Virus record (IMG/VR): IMGVR_UViG_3300029542_000004
Location: 1 to 59,109 of that record
DNA: 59,109 nucleotides
DNA from: a virus
Reading direction: 5' to 3' (one strand)
Part shown: positions 42,041-50,468 of the stretch, piece by piece
Position numbering within the stretch: position 1 is the first letter of the stretch
Layout: each line of letters starts with the position of its first letter
Notes under the pieces: model-generated
Database searches by the model: none
What the model was told of the DNA's origin: nothing
Seen by the model: the letters and a program-made list of their open reading frames with translations, nothing else
Program-made: the position numbers and the translations under genes

Positions 42041-42771
42041 CTAAAAAGGGCACTCATTAGGATTAGCAAGTAGCCATTCCTTGTTGCGCTCTGCGACATC
42101 CACATTCGCCCCACAAGCAGCTTTTTTCATTTTCTCGATAAAACTATCTCTATCAGAATTCTCACTTGATAAATGGCACATTATGACGTTCTGCAAACTA
42201 TCTGAATAATTTACCTTAACGAAATCACAAGCTGTGTCAATGGATAAGTGACCTCTGAATACGTGATTAGCTTTGCCTGCGTTATCCCTGTCGATTAAAT
42301 CCTTGTCATAATTCACACCTAAGAGAATGTGGTTTATGTCTTTAAACTTCCACTTGACAACCTCGCAATCGGTTATGTAAAGCATTCTCCCCATTTCCTT
42401 GTGAGTAATCAGAAAGCCGAATATCGGACAGGGTGTTCCGTCTGCATTTGTATGTGTCCAGCTTCCGTCTATTGTTGTCAAATCAAAGGGTTTTACTGTA
42501 AATTCGCCCATATTCATTGACATATAATCAATCTTCAAATATGGTGCATAAATCGGTATTCCCATAACCTTAAAATCGTTTAATGACTTGCTATGGTCTA
42601 GAGGTGGGCATGACTTATAATCATGCCCTTTATCCCCCTTATGTGCCAATCTAAGCCTTTTTTAATCTCCTTAATTGAGATTCCGCAATCAAGGATAAGT
42701 GTTTCTCCACTGTTGGAAGTTAAGGTGTAGCAGTTCCCCGTACTTCCTGTGGCTATACATTTAAGTTTCAT
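42041..42771 (-). pseudogene. MBL-fold metallo-hydrolase gene broken by a 2-nt insertion in the HxHxDH motif
   Basis: The frame from the ATG at 42771 reads MKLKCIATGSTGNCY...MIISHAHL*. The -1 frame continues DHSKSLNDF... The DNA is CAC CTC TA GAC CAT, so removing TA restores SHAHLDHSK. Confidence 0.6.
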
Positions 42772-42953
42772 CATTTCGCACCTACTGTCATAATTGCTGG
42801 ATTTACAGCTCCGTCTCCGTCATAGTCATACTTTTTGTTATGCCACTTTCTCAAATACTCTCCGTATTCCCAACATTGTGAAAGAATACTAACTGCACAT
42901 CCGTACCAATCCTTGTATTCTTTCTCTTTACCTTTAATAATTTTCATACTCAC
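42771..42953 (-). CDS. Hypothetical protein
   Basis: ORF in operon orientation. Confidence 0.4.
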   Translation of the reverse strand: MSMKIIKGKEKEYKDWYGCAVSILSQCWEYGEYLRKWHNKKYDYDGDGAVNPAIMTVGAK

Positions 42954-43309
42954 ACCTCGATTTCATTATCCTGTGGGAACTGAAAAACGGCATTGTTGAT
43001 AAAATCTACTTTTGACGGCTGATTTTCTGCTCGCACCATAATGCCACGTTTCTTTAATCTTTCAAATTCCTTTGCCACATCTTCTGAAATAGCGACATTC
43101 TGCATTACGATAGGCATACCGATATATGCTTCTCTTAGCATTTCCATGGCCTTATACGCTTTCTCTTTGGAAGAGTACTTGCCTAATACGTATTTCTCTC
43201 CATTGTATAGTGCTATAACGCTCTCCATTGCGTGGCACACAACTAACTGCTCATAAGGCAAATCAACATTGCCGTGCTGTGAAATTACTCTCATATCAGC
43301 TCTCCTCAC
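42950..43309 (-). CDS. Hypothetical protein
   Basis: ORF in operon orientation. Confidence 0.4.
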   Translation of the reverse strand: MRRADMRVISQHGNVDLPYEQLVVCHAMESVIALYNGEKYVLGKYSSKEKAYKAMEMLREAYIGMPIVMQNVAISEDVAKEFERLKKRGIMVRAENQPSKVDFINNAVFQFPQDNEIEV

Positions 43310-44120
43310 TCTGCATGAATGGCGGTAGCTCCTCTGACTGCTTGTCGGCTATGTCGGTCGGCTCTACATCAATTATGCTGTCCTCGTCAAAATCTACGCT
43401 ATTTGCGTTCTGCTCAATATCATTTTCAGCTAACTTCTGTGGGTCAGTTTCAATCTCCATTCCGCTTAAGAATGTGTTCTGCTGTGTTGGATTCTCAAAA
43501 TCCAACTCAATGTGCTTGCAAAGCCTGTGAAGTACAGTTTTCTTATACATCTCACCTGTGAAATTTTTCCAAGCTGGGCTATTGCTTGCCTTACTTGACT
43601 TTCTTGTGTTTTCAAGGTCTGCAAGACTCATTGTGTCATACTGCATACCGCCATCAGCATATAAGCAAACGGCAAACGCACCGATTATTTTTCCATCATT
43701 GAATGGAAGCGGTTTAAAATCAAAAGTCTGTTCTCCACTTACAATCTTTTCCTCAAAGCTGTCTCCCTGACGAACCAACTTTGCATAAATGTCCTTAATC
43801 GGTCTGATAGAATACTTCTTTGCCAATTTCTTAGCACCTCTGTAATCCGTCTGATAGTTAAGCTGATTTCCATAAGGCACCAAGTAACACTCCTTTGAGT
43901 AAAAATCCAAGCCAAGATAAGCGCCTTTTAAAAGTCCGGCTGTGAGCTGTGATTGGCTGTATTTCTGTAATGCTGGGTTATCATTAATGAGTGCTAATGC
44001 ATTCTGCACGAACCTAGCCTTGTTAAAATCCTTTGGTAGCGCTTCCGATACGTTGTCGAGCTTATCCGTTAGCACCATGCTAAATGTTTTCTTTTCCGCA
44101 ACTGCTGTATTCTCTGCCAT
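43296..44120 (-). CDS. recT: RecT-family single-strand annealing protein
   Basis: FVQNALALINDNPALQKYSQSQLTAGLLKGAYLGLDF...YLVPYGNQLNYQTDYRG. Confidence 0.75.
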   Translation of the reverse strand: MAENTAVAEKKTFSMVLTDKLDNVSEALPKDFNKARFVQNALALINDNPALQKYSQSQLTAGLLKGAYLGLDFYSKECYLVPYGNQLNYQTDYRGAKKLAKKYSIRPIKDIYAKLVRQGDSFEEKIVSGEQTFDFKPLPFNDGKIIGAFAVCLYADGGMQYDTMSLADLENTRKSSKASNSPAWKNFTGEMYKKTVLHRLCKHIELDFENPTQQNTFLSGMEIETDPQKLAENDIEQNANSVDFDEDSIIDVEPTDIADKQSEELPPFMQSEES

Positions 44121-44131
44121 AATTAATCCTC

Positions 44132-44287
44132 CTAAATCTCATTGAAAACCTGAACCGCAAACAGTTCATTAGGTGTCTGCTTGAATAGAACTCCGTCAGA
44201 TATGACTGTGTACATATATCCGTCATACTTAAGCTCTACGGTATGCTTTTTACCGCCCATATAATAATTTCTCTTCTTAATACTCAT
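44132..44287 (-). CDS. Small hypothetical protein (51 aa)
   Basis: Hand-translated as MSIKKRNYYMGGKKHTVELKYDGYMYTV... Confidence 0.3.
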   Translation of the reverse strand: MSIKKRNYYMGGKKHTVELKYDGYMYTVISDGVLFKQTPNELFAVQVFNEI

Positions 44288-44528
44288 GTCTATACCTCCT
44301 ATAATCCAAGTAACTTTTTGAGTTCTTCTTCATTCTCTCGGTTTCTTCTCTCATTTTCTTGACTTCGTCGCTTAACTGCTCCCTGCTTTTATCAGCAAGT
44401 CTAATCACTGTTTTGTACTCTTCCTCTGAAACTGTCTCTTTAAGCGCACGTAAAACAGTAACCGCTTCTGCCATAACGTTGCTTCTTGTACCTCTAAATG
44501 TAACTTCTCCGTCTTCTGCTTTAATCAT
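44277..44528 (-). CDS. Hypothetical coiled-coil protein
   Basis: ORF in operon orientation. Confidence 0.4.
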   Translation of the reverse strand: MIKAEDGEVTFRGTRSNVMAEAVTVLRALKETVSEEEYKTVIRLADKSREQLSDEVKKMREETERMKKNSKSYLDYRRYRHEY

Positions 44529-44530
44529 TT

Positions 44531-46486
44531 CTATACCTCCATATTTTCAATCACAAGCTCTTTGTCCTGTGTGTACTTTAACATAATCAACTGGTTATCA
44601 ATCTGTGGTATTCTCCAATCGTCAACGCTCTCTGTATCATCAATGATAATTGGAAAATTAACGTTTGCCGCTTTCTGAAAAGCTCGGCATATGTCAACTT
44701 CCGTTAACATCCTCGCACCATGATTGAGATTTCTCGCATATGCTTCACCATTGTAAACAAAGTCGCAGCACTCCTCGGTATCACCATTTAAGAGCGGTCT
44801 AAACAGCTTTGCTGTGGCAAAATTCAGATACTTATTAACATCAGCCTGTAAGAGTTCGTTTTTCTTACGTGTGAACTCTTTCAGCAAGTCAAGCTTTCTC
44901 TCCCAATCGGCTATCTCTTGATTGAGGTCTGTTCTCTTTGTCTCAAGGTCGGCTATGCTATCATCTATACGCTTGTTATTTGCCACACCAAGCTCAATCC
45001 TCGCATTAGTCGATGAAACTTGCCTTAACAGTTCGCTTCGCTCGTTTTTGAGTTTTCTGATAAGTTCTGATGTATCGTTTTCATCTGCAAGAGCTTTCTC
45101 CTTTTCCTCGATTTTAGCTTTAAGTGTCTGATACTCGCTGTTGCCTGTCATGTCAACATCAGTAGGTACTTTTCTAAGCTCTTTAGCAACAATGTCACAC
45201 TTTTCTGTCAGCTCCTTAAGCTCTACCCCAAGGTCAGCTATTTCTTTCTTTTTATCCTCAATAGCTTGTTTAAGCTCCTTGCTATCGTTTGACAGTGCAT
45301 TGCCCCTATCTTCAAGCTCTTTAAGGCTCTTTGCTTTTAGAGCGTCAAATTCGGCTCTTAAGACCTCCACCTTATCTTCCGGCAATCTCTGACCACACAT
45401 CGGGCAATTAACACTGCTTTCATCAAAGGAAAGTGCCTTTGCTTTTTTCCAGTCAGCACGTACCTTTGCTAAGTTCTCTGTGCAAAATCTAACCGAACCT
45501 TCAAAGTTTTCAATGTTAGCTTTTTTGGCTCTTATCATTGACTCTCCTTTGTGAATTGAAGCATTGAAGTCATCAAGCTGTGCCTGTAGCTCCATACGCT
45601 TTTTCTGATTGTCAGCATTGGCTTCTCTCTCCATGTCTGAAAGCTCAAATTTAAGGTTCATAATGTCCTCTGTAGCTTTCTGCTTGTCCTCTAAAATCTT
45701 GTTGTAGTCAGATAGCTTATCTTCAATTTCCTTAAGCTGTGGCTCATAGGTTTTCTTTTGTAATTCAAGCTCTGCAAGGTCTGTATACTCATTGGTGGAA
45801 TGGATTGTATCAATCCTCGTTGAGATTTCGTCTCTTTCCTTAATCAGTCCTTTACTACCGTTCCTACCACCTGTGCCGTTTAGCTTGCCACGACATACTT
45901 TTTTAAGCTGGTCTACACCGCCATCATCAAACATTGGCTTAAGTTCAGCGAACTGTGGAAACATATCGCAGATTTCTTCATCGGTACGTGTTCCAAAATA
46001 GCTTGCAAGTGCTAATCTCTGCTCTGCCTGTGACTTGTTAAGTAATGTCATGGAATTTAAGCAAAATGGTAATACTCCAAGCTCTGCCATGTTGTCATTG
46101 ATGTACTGATTGTAGTCTGCCATTTTGTAAGGCACATCATTGATTGAGTAATCAGTAACACTGCCTGTAATCTCACCCTTTTTGTTGCGTTTCTGCCTTG
46201 TAACCTTTTTCAGAGTCTTTGCTTTTCCGTCAATCTCAAAGGTAACAGCCCTCACAATGTCAACATCGTCAATCTCGACTCCGTTTTCATCGTGCGGTCT
46301 TATGCCTGTAATTTCTCTGTCATTCTCATCGTGGCAATTCAGCACATCAAGGATAATTCTCTTAACTGTTGATTTGCCGACTTCATTCTGACCGGACAAC
46401 ACAGTTTTCATTGAAAAATCTGTGTCTAATGTGTTTTTGCCATAGAATTTACAAAAATTCTGCGCAAATACGTGTGTAATCTTCAT
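44531..46486 (-). CDS. Rad50/SbcC-like AAA ATPase with coiled coil and zinc hook
   Basis: Walker A GQNEVGKST, a long coiled coil, a central CPMCGQ and a C-terminal IIIDDTES Walker B-like motif. Confidence 0.7.
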   Translation of the reverse strand: MKITHVFAQNFCKFYGKNTLDTDFSMKTVLSGQNEVGKSTVKRIILDVLNCHDENDREITGIRPHDENGVEIDDVDIVRAVTFEIDGKAKTLKKVTRQKRNKKGEITGSVTDYSINDVPYKMADYNQYINDNMAELGVLPFCLNSMTLLNKSQAEQRLALASYFGTRTDEEICDMFPQFAELKPMFDDGGVDQLKKVCRGKLNGTGGRNGSKGLIKERDEISTRIDTIHSTNEYTDLAELELQKKTYEPQLKEIEDKLSDYNKILEDKQKATEDIMNLKFELSDMEREANADNQKKRMELQAQLDDFNASIHKGESMIRAKKANIENFEGSVRFCTENLAKVRADWKKAKALSFDESSVNCPMCGQRLPEDKVEVLRAEFDALKAKSLKELEDRGNALSNDSKELKQAIEDKKKEIADLGVELKELTEKCDIVAKELRKVPTDVDMTGNSEYQTLKAKIEEKEKALADENDTSELIRKLKNERSELLRQVSSTNARIELGVANNKRIDDSIADLETKRTDLNQEIADWERKLDLLKEFTRKKNELLQADVNKYLNFATAKLFRPLLNGDTEECCDFVYNGEAYARNLNHGARMLTEVDICRAFQKAANVNFPIIIDDTESVDDWRIPQIDNQLIMLKYTQDKELVIENMEV

Positions 46487-46502
46487 TGCATTTCCTCTCT
46501 TT

Positions 46503-46706
46503 CTATTTGTTTATGGTTTTTAGAATCAAGTTCCCATGTAGGCTTGATTTTTTAACAACTCTCAGGTATGAGTCCGATTCTGATACGAAAAGCCACTCAT
46601 TAGCCACGCAATGAGTCTTGTCAAGTAATAGCTTCTGCTCTCTAGTCAGTGGTTTGAGTTTGTATCTCGTATCACCTAACTTAATTCGTCTTACATTGTC
46701 GCTCAT
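46503..46706 (-). CDS. Hypothetical protein
   Basis: ORF in operon orientation. Confidence 0.4.
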   Translation of the reverse strand: MSDNVRRIKLGDTRYKLKPLTREQKLLLDKTHCVANEWLFVSESDSYLRVVKKSSLHGNLILKTINK

Positions 46707-46854
46707 TTAGTTTCTCCGTTTCTTTGTCTAGTAACGCTTGAAAGTCAAATGATTTGTCTTTGTGCCGTTTAGCTCGATATAGTTCTTGTAGGTAATCGTT
46801 AGCACTCTGACGCTTCAATTGGCTACCAATCGCAGTAGATGTCAAGATTTCCAT
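46681..46854 (-). CDS. Hypothetical protein
   Basis: The start is moved to MEILTST, behind GGGAG. Confidence 0.35.
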   Translation of the reverse strand: MEILTSTAIGSQLKRQSANDYLQELYRAKRHKDKSFDFQALLDKETEKLNERQCKTN

Positions 46855-47326
46855 TTCCACTCCCTTCGTCATATACAATCCCTTGTATGCCAACAGGAGT
46901 ATCAACTACAGTTCCGTGTGGTAAATCATCACTCGCAATTACTACATACTCGTTTTCATCTACAACAAGTCCATGCTCGTTTAGATGCCTGCCCGGTATA
47001 TTGAGCCCACCTCCAGGTAACACTCTCTGTGAGTACCACGTATATGTGTAATTGCCATATCTGACTCGCCCTAGCTTCTTAAACCGGCTACAACTGTATT
47101 TCTTACGGCAAGTTGGAACTGTTGGTTCTTTATAGGTCTGCTCAACTACAACCGGCTCATTCTGAATTACTGTTGGCTCAACCTTTCCAAGCATTACATC
47201 ATTTAAATAGGAAGTAACTCCGGCTGTCAGCTCAATTTTGCTATCTGCTTTCGTTGCTATTGGCTTTAAGGTCATAGTTCCAATTATTGAAATTGATAAC
47301 ATCAATATCAGGTTTCTTTTTCTCAT
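46823..47326 (-). CDS. Secreted 3D-domain (MltA/YocH-like) peptidoglycan-binding or lytic protein
   Basis: Signal peptide MRKRNLILMLSISIIGTMTL. C-terminus LPHGTVVDTPVGIQGIVYDEGSGNGNLDIY carries the three-Asp 3D pattern. Confidence 0.55.
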   Translation of the reverse strand: MRKRNLILMLSISIIGTMTLKPIATKADSKIELTAGVTSYLNDVMLGKVEPTVIQNEPVVVEQTYKEPTVPTCRKKYSCSRFKKLGRVRYGNYTYTWYSQRVLPGGGLNIPGRHLNEHGLVVDENEYVVIASDDLPHGTVVDTPVGIQGIVYDEGSGNGNLDIYCDW

Positions 47327-47522
47327 GCGGTTCGCCCTCCTCTATGAGACAAAATGCAATTAGTATCAGCCAAAATACTGTTACGATTGCCCCAACGATA
47401 ATACTCGCTGTCTTAATTCCGTATGCCACCGATAATCCAAGGAAAAATGCAAATGCTAATGCTCCGAAAATCGAATAGCCACAACCGGTGTAAAACTTCT
47501 CTTTCAAAGTTCTTTTTCTCAT
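47241..47522 (-). CDS. Two-TM membrane protein
   Basis: GYSIFGALAFAFFLGLSVAYG and IIVGAIVTVFWLILIAFCLI. Confidence 0.45.
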   Translation of the reverse strand: MRKRTLKEKFYTGCGYSIFGALAFAFFLGLSVAYGIKTASIIVGAIVTVFWLILIAFCLIEEGEPHEKKKPDIDVINFNNWNYDLKANSNESR

Positions 47523-47534
47523 ACAATCACCTCA

Positions 47535-48257
47535 CTATGCAAAACTCTGTTGAGCGTTTGCGTCCTGAATAAGCTCATCAAGATACTTAGGCACGACATA
47601 GCAATCAATAAACTCATGCACATCGTCTATGTACTTCCTCTTGATGCTTTTATAAGTAGATACGCAACCATACTCACGCTTTAACTGTGTCCATATATCA
47701 GAAAATGTCTTATGCCTGATACTGTTATCCCTGTATGCTTCGCTCTGCTTGCCACCAAGGATATTTACAACTCTGCGCTTAACGTGCTGTTGTATCTCGT
47801 CAATATCGCAACTGTAAAGTGGTACATTTTCTTTAAGCTCGCTCACATCATCTTTGATGTCGTTTACTTTCTGCTCTAATTCTGTGTAGCCCTGTGCCAA
47901 AAGCTGTATCTGTCCGCCTGTGGTCTTTGGCATTCCGTAACTTCCTGTCTTTCTGATTGATGGAAGTACTTCACTCGTAACCCACTTGCGAAACTTCCTT
48001 GCGTTTTCTTTTCTGCTATCAAGAATTACATCATACAAACCATCTTCATTAACAAATATGGTGTTCTGTATTCTTCCAAGTGAATCTGGGATGGGGTAAT
48101 TTGAAATTACCTCGTCATCAAGTCTCTGTTTTACTCCCTTTGCTGTAAGTTCTAATATTCTGCATAAATCTCCAAGGCAGAATAAAACTTCATCATCTTT
48201 AGAGATGGTTCTGATTTCTCCGAACTCTTCATTGTTGAAAATTTGTAAATCGTTCAT
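47535..48257 (-). CDS. Antirepressor (Bro-N domain with a C-terminal domain)
   Basis: MNDLQIFNNEEFGEIRT...RKFRKWVTSEVLPSIRKTG. The start is at the ATG behind AAAGGAGAAAAC. Confidence 0.7.
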   Translation of the reverse strand: MNDLQIFNNEEFGEIRTISKDDEVLFCLGDLCRILELTAKGVKQRLDDEVISNYPIPDSLGRIQNTIFVNEDGLYDVILDSRKENARKFRKWVTSEVLPSIRKTGSYGMPKTTGGQIQLLAQGYTELEQKVNDIKDDVSELKENVPLYSCDIDEIQQHVKRRVVNILGGKQSEAYRDNSIRHKTFSDIWTQLKREYGCVSTYKSIKRKYIDDVHEFIDCYVVPKYLDELIQDANAQQSFA

Positions 48258-48314
48258 GTTTTCTCCTTTCTGTGTTATAATCTCCTCATTAGATAACAAG
48301 GAGGTGAGTTACCT

Positions 48315-48497
48315 GTGAAAGACTTTAATGATTTTATTGCAAAATTAGATTCAAGCTATTTCGATAAGTTAGAAAAAATCTTAAACGAAAGACCAGAAAT
48401 AGCTAACGCCCCGTCCGAAAGCGCAAGGATTCGTGCCGAGTCGTCTGTAATTGCAATGATACTTATTGGGAAATATCATGAATGGCTCCAACAATAG
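48315..48497 (+). CDS. Hypothetical 60-aa protein on the opposite strand
   Basis: GTG start behind a strong AAGGAGGTGA. Its 3' end overlaps the convergent ORF 48463-48648. Confidence 0.4.
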   Translation: MKDFNDFIAKLDSSYFDKLEKILNERPEIANAPSESARIRAESSVIAMILIGKYHEWLQQ

Positions 48498-48648
48498 CAT
48501 TTTTCATGTATTCTCCATAGCCGTGTGATGTAGCCTCTGCTCTTTCATTTCGAGGCTTCTCCACGCCTAAACTCTGCTCAATACGTTTTAAAGTACTGTC
48601 AATGCTTTTTAATGTGTTGAGCATTTCTTTTCTCACGAACAACCTCAT
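48463..48648 (-). CDS. Hypothetical protein
   Basis: The start is moved to MRLFVRKE, behind AAGGAGCAGAA. Confidence 0.4.
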   Translation of the reverse strand: MRLFVRKEMLNTLKSIDSTLKRIEQSLGVEKPRNERAEATSHGYGEYMKNAIVGAIHDISQ

Positions 48649-48664
48649 TTCTGCTCCTTTCTTT

Positions 48665-48877
48665 CTAATCCACGAAACTTTCAACCGGCTCATCAAGATA
48701 GCTTGCAATTTTAATCATTGTGTCTAACTTAGGCTTGCTTTTATCTCTCTTCCAGTCTGAAAGTAACATAGGTGAAAAGTTCAAGTCTGTTGCTACTCGG
48801 TATGATGTGATACCCTTTTTCTTCAAAATTTGCTCAAATCTCGAATATGATTGAGCATATTTCTTAGAATTATTCAT
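48665..48877 (-). CDS. Cro-like XRE-family HTH regulator
   Basis: ILKKKGITSYRVATDLNFSPMLLSDWKRDKSKP. Divergent from the cI-like gene. Confidence 0.7.
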   Translation of the reverse strand: MNNSKKYAQSYSRFEQILKKKGITSYRVATDLNFSPMLLSDWKRDKSKPKLDTMIKIASYLDEPVESFVD

Positions 48878-48890
48878 TTTTTACGCTCCT

Positions 48891-48994
48891 TTCCTTAAAA
48901 ATATATTGATTTTATTAAGGAAATCCGTTACAATGAAACTTACCAAGATAACAAAATAACAAAATTAAAACCTAGGTTTTAAGGCTTTCCTTAA
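48891..48994. promoter_or_regulatory. Operator-type palindromes built on the TTAAGG(AA) half-site
   Basis: TTCCTTAA (48891-98) N16 TTAAGGAA (48915-22), and TTAAGG-CTTT-CCTTAA (48979-94). Confidence 0.45.
48906..48934 (+). promoter_or_regulatory. Sigma-70-type promoter toward cI (TTGATT-N17-TACAAT)
   Basis: Hexamers at 48906-11 and 48929-34, with a counted 17-nt spacer that contains TTAAGGAA. Confidence 0.4.
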
Positions 48995-49003
48995 TCTAGG
49001 TCT

Positions 49004-49032
49004 AGTATATTATGGTTTTCTTTAATTGTCAA
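49004..49032 (-). promoter_or_regulatory. Sigma-70-type promoter toward cro (TTGACA-N17-TATACT)
   Basis: Minus-strand hexamers at 49032-27 and 49009-04, with a counted 17-nt spacer. Confidence 0.45.
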
Positions 49033-49076
49033 GCATTATTTTAAAGTTTTCCATAATAATTTATGAGGGATTTTTT

Positions 49077-49436
49077 ATGTATGAATATTATCAGAAATTA
49101 CTAGACGAAAAAGGCTTGAAAAATGCCGATGTTTCAAGAGCTACAGGCATTTCAAACATGACTCTATCCGACTGGAAAAGAGGAAAGAGCGAGCCAAAAA
49201 CTAAGAATATGCAGAAAATTGCTGATTTTTTAGGAACTACCTTGTCATATCTAGTTACAGGTGAAGAAAGTAATCCTATATTTGAACAAGCAAATATAGA
49301 TTATGAACTTTCAAATATAGACAGCAAGCTCAAAGATTATGTATTTAAGTTATCTAAATTGTCGGATAAAGAGCAAGAAAGTATTATGAATTTAATAGAT
49401 GTGATGTATGAAAATACTCAAAATAAATCAAATTAA
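49077..49436 (+). CDS. CI-like XRE-family repressor
   Basis: LLDEKGLKNADVSRATGISNMTLSDWKRGKSEP. The start is moved to the ATG at 49077, behind GAGGGA. Confidence 0.7.
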   Translation: MYEYYQKLLDEKGLKNADVSRATGISNMTLSDWKRGKSEPKTKNMQKIADFLGTTLSYLVTGEESNPIFEQANIDYELSNIDSKLKDYVFKLSKLSDKEQESIMNLIDVMYENTQNKSN

Positions 49437-49457
49437 TAAGAAAGGTGGTATTTTATT

Positions 49458-49685
49458 ATGAGTAAAACTGTTAAATGTCCTAAATGGGGTTGCGATGGTG
49501 TTGGCATACCTGTTGATACCAAGAAAAAATTCTCATTCGGTAAAGCACTTGTTGGTAACACAGTAGGTGGTCTCTTCGGGCCTGTCGGTGCCGTTGTCGG
49601 TACTGCTACCGGAATTAAAGGTAAGAGCGGCAAAACAAAGTTTGTGTGTTCAAAGTGCGGTAACGTTTGGGAAAAGAAAATATAA
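49458..49685 (+). CDS. Zinc-ribbon / glycine-zipper small protein co-oriented with cI
   Basis: CPKWGC...CSKCG flank GNTVGGLFGPVGAVVGTATGIKG. Confidence 0.5.
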   Translation: MSKTVKCPKWGCDGVGIPVDTKKKFSFGKALVGNTVGGLFGPVGAVVGTATGIKGKSGKTKFVCSKCGNVWEKKI

Positions 49686-49690
49686 CCACA

Positions 49691-49720
49691 AGGCAGAGTT
49701 TTTACTCTGCCTCTATTTTT
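49691..49720 (+). terminator. Intrinsic terminator after the cI operon
   Basis: 9-bp stem AGGCAGAGT (49691-99) / ACTCTGCCT (49704-12) with loop TTTT, followed by CTATTTTT. Confidence 0.6.
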
Positions 49721-49806
49721 CCTTTAATAAATATGTACAAGTACAGCAACAGGTCTTTATCCTCCACACCCTCAATCATTTTAATTATTTCATCCTTATA
49801 TTCCAT
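49702..49806 (-). CDS. 34-aa peptide (putative)
   Basis: Hand-translated as MEYKDEIIKMIEGVEDKDLLLYLYIFIKGKIEAE. RBS GGAGGTGG. Its 3' end lies in the terminator hairpin. Confidence 0.25.
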   Translation of the reverse strand: MEYKDEIIKMIEGVEDKDLLLYLYIFIKGKIEAE

Positions 49807-49969
49807 ACAATACCACCTCCGATACATCATATTATAGAACATTTGTTCTTAAACGTCAATAAGGACGGCAGAAAAATCCACCGCCCTACCGAAACTTGAA
49901 GAGTTCTCTTGTTTGAGAACATCATTACTGTAACACTTTAAAGTGTTTTATTTTGTCGAAATATGCCGA

Positions 49970-50107
49970 CTATACAACTTTTTGCGAAGTAATGTACTCA
50001 TATTCCTCTTGCGATATTTTACCGCTTGCCACCCTGTCGAGTAGTTCTTCCTTGGTTACTCTGTCACTCTCGTATAGCCTTTTAAGGCTTTCAACTAAAA
50101 TTCTCAT
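49970..50107 (-). CDS. XkdX-like small tail-associated protein (45 aa)
   Basis: Hand-translated as MRILVESLKRLYESDRVTKEELLDRVASGKISQEEYEYITSQKVV. The ...IS.EEY..IT motif is typical of the XkdX family. Confidence 0.5.
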   Translation of the reverse strand: MRILVESLKRLYESDRVTKEELLDRVASGKISQEEYEYITSQKVV

Positions 50108-50108
50108 A

Positions 50109-50414
50109 TTAAAGCACCCCCTCATCCATTAACTGCCTTGTATAGTTGTCTATTGCTTCTTCATCAGAATGTTCGTTAATCTCTTTTGCCTGTTCCATAG
50201 CAATAAGATACTGTGAGTATTCGTCCTGTGTCAACTCACGTTCTTCGTACTCCCAATGCTTAGGCTTGTAAGTAAAATCATCCTCGCTCCCTGTTGCTTC
50301 AACCGATTTAATATTTTTTCGCTGATAAACGATATTCGGAGAAGATGTTATATCAATATCAAGTGGCTTGTCCGATTGCATACTTTCTACGAGCTTGTAT
50401 TCTGTCATATTCAA
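50109..50414 (-). CDS. Hypothetical acidic protein (XkdW-like position)
   Basis: ORF between the RBP and the XkdX-like gene. Confidence 0.4.
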   Translation of the reverse strand: MNMTEYKLVESMQSDKPLDIDITSSPNIVYQRKNIKSVEATGSEDDFTYKPKHWEYEERELTQDEYSQYLIAMEQAKEINEHSDEEAIDNYTRQLMDEGVL

Positions 50415-50468
50415 TGCACCTTACCTTTCTGTTTATTACTAAAATTTTAATATGTTCCCTGTTGCAAG

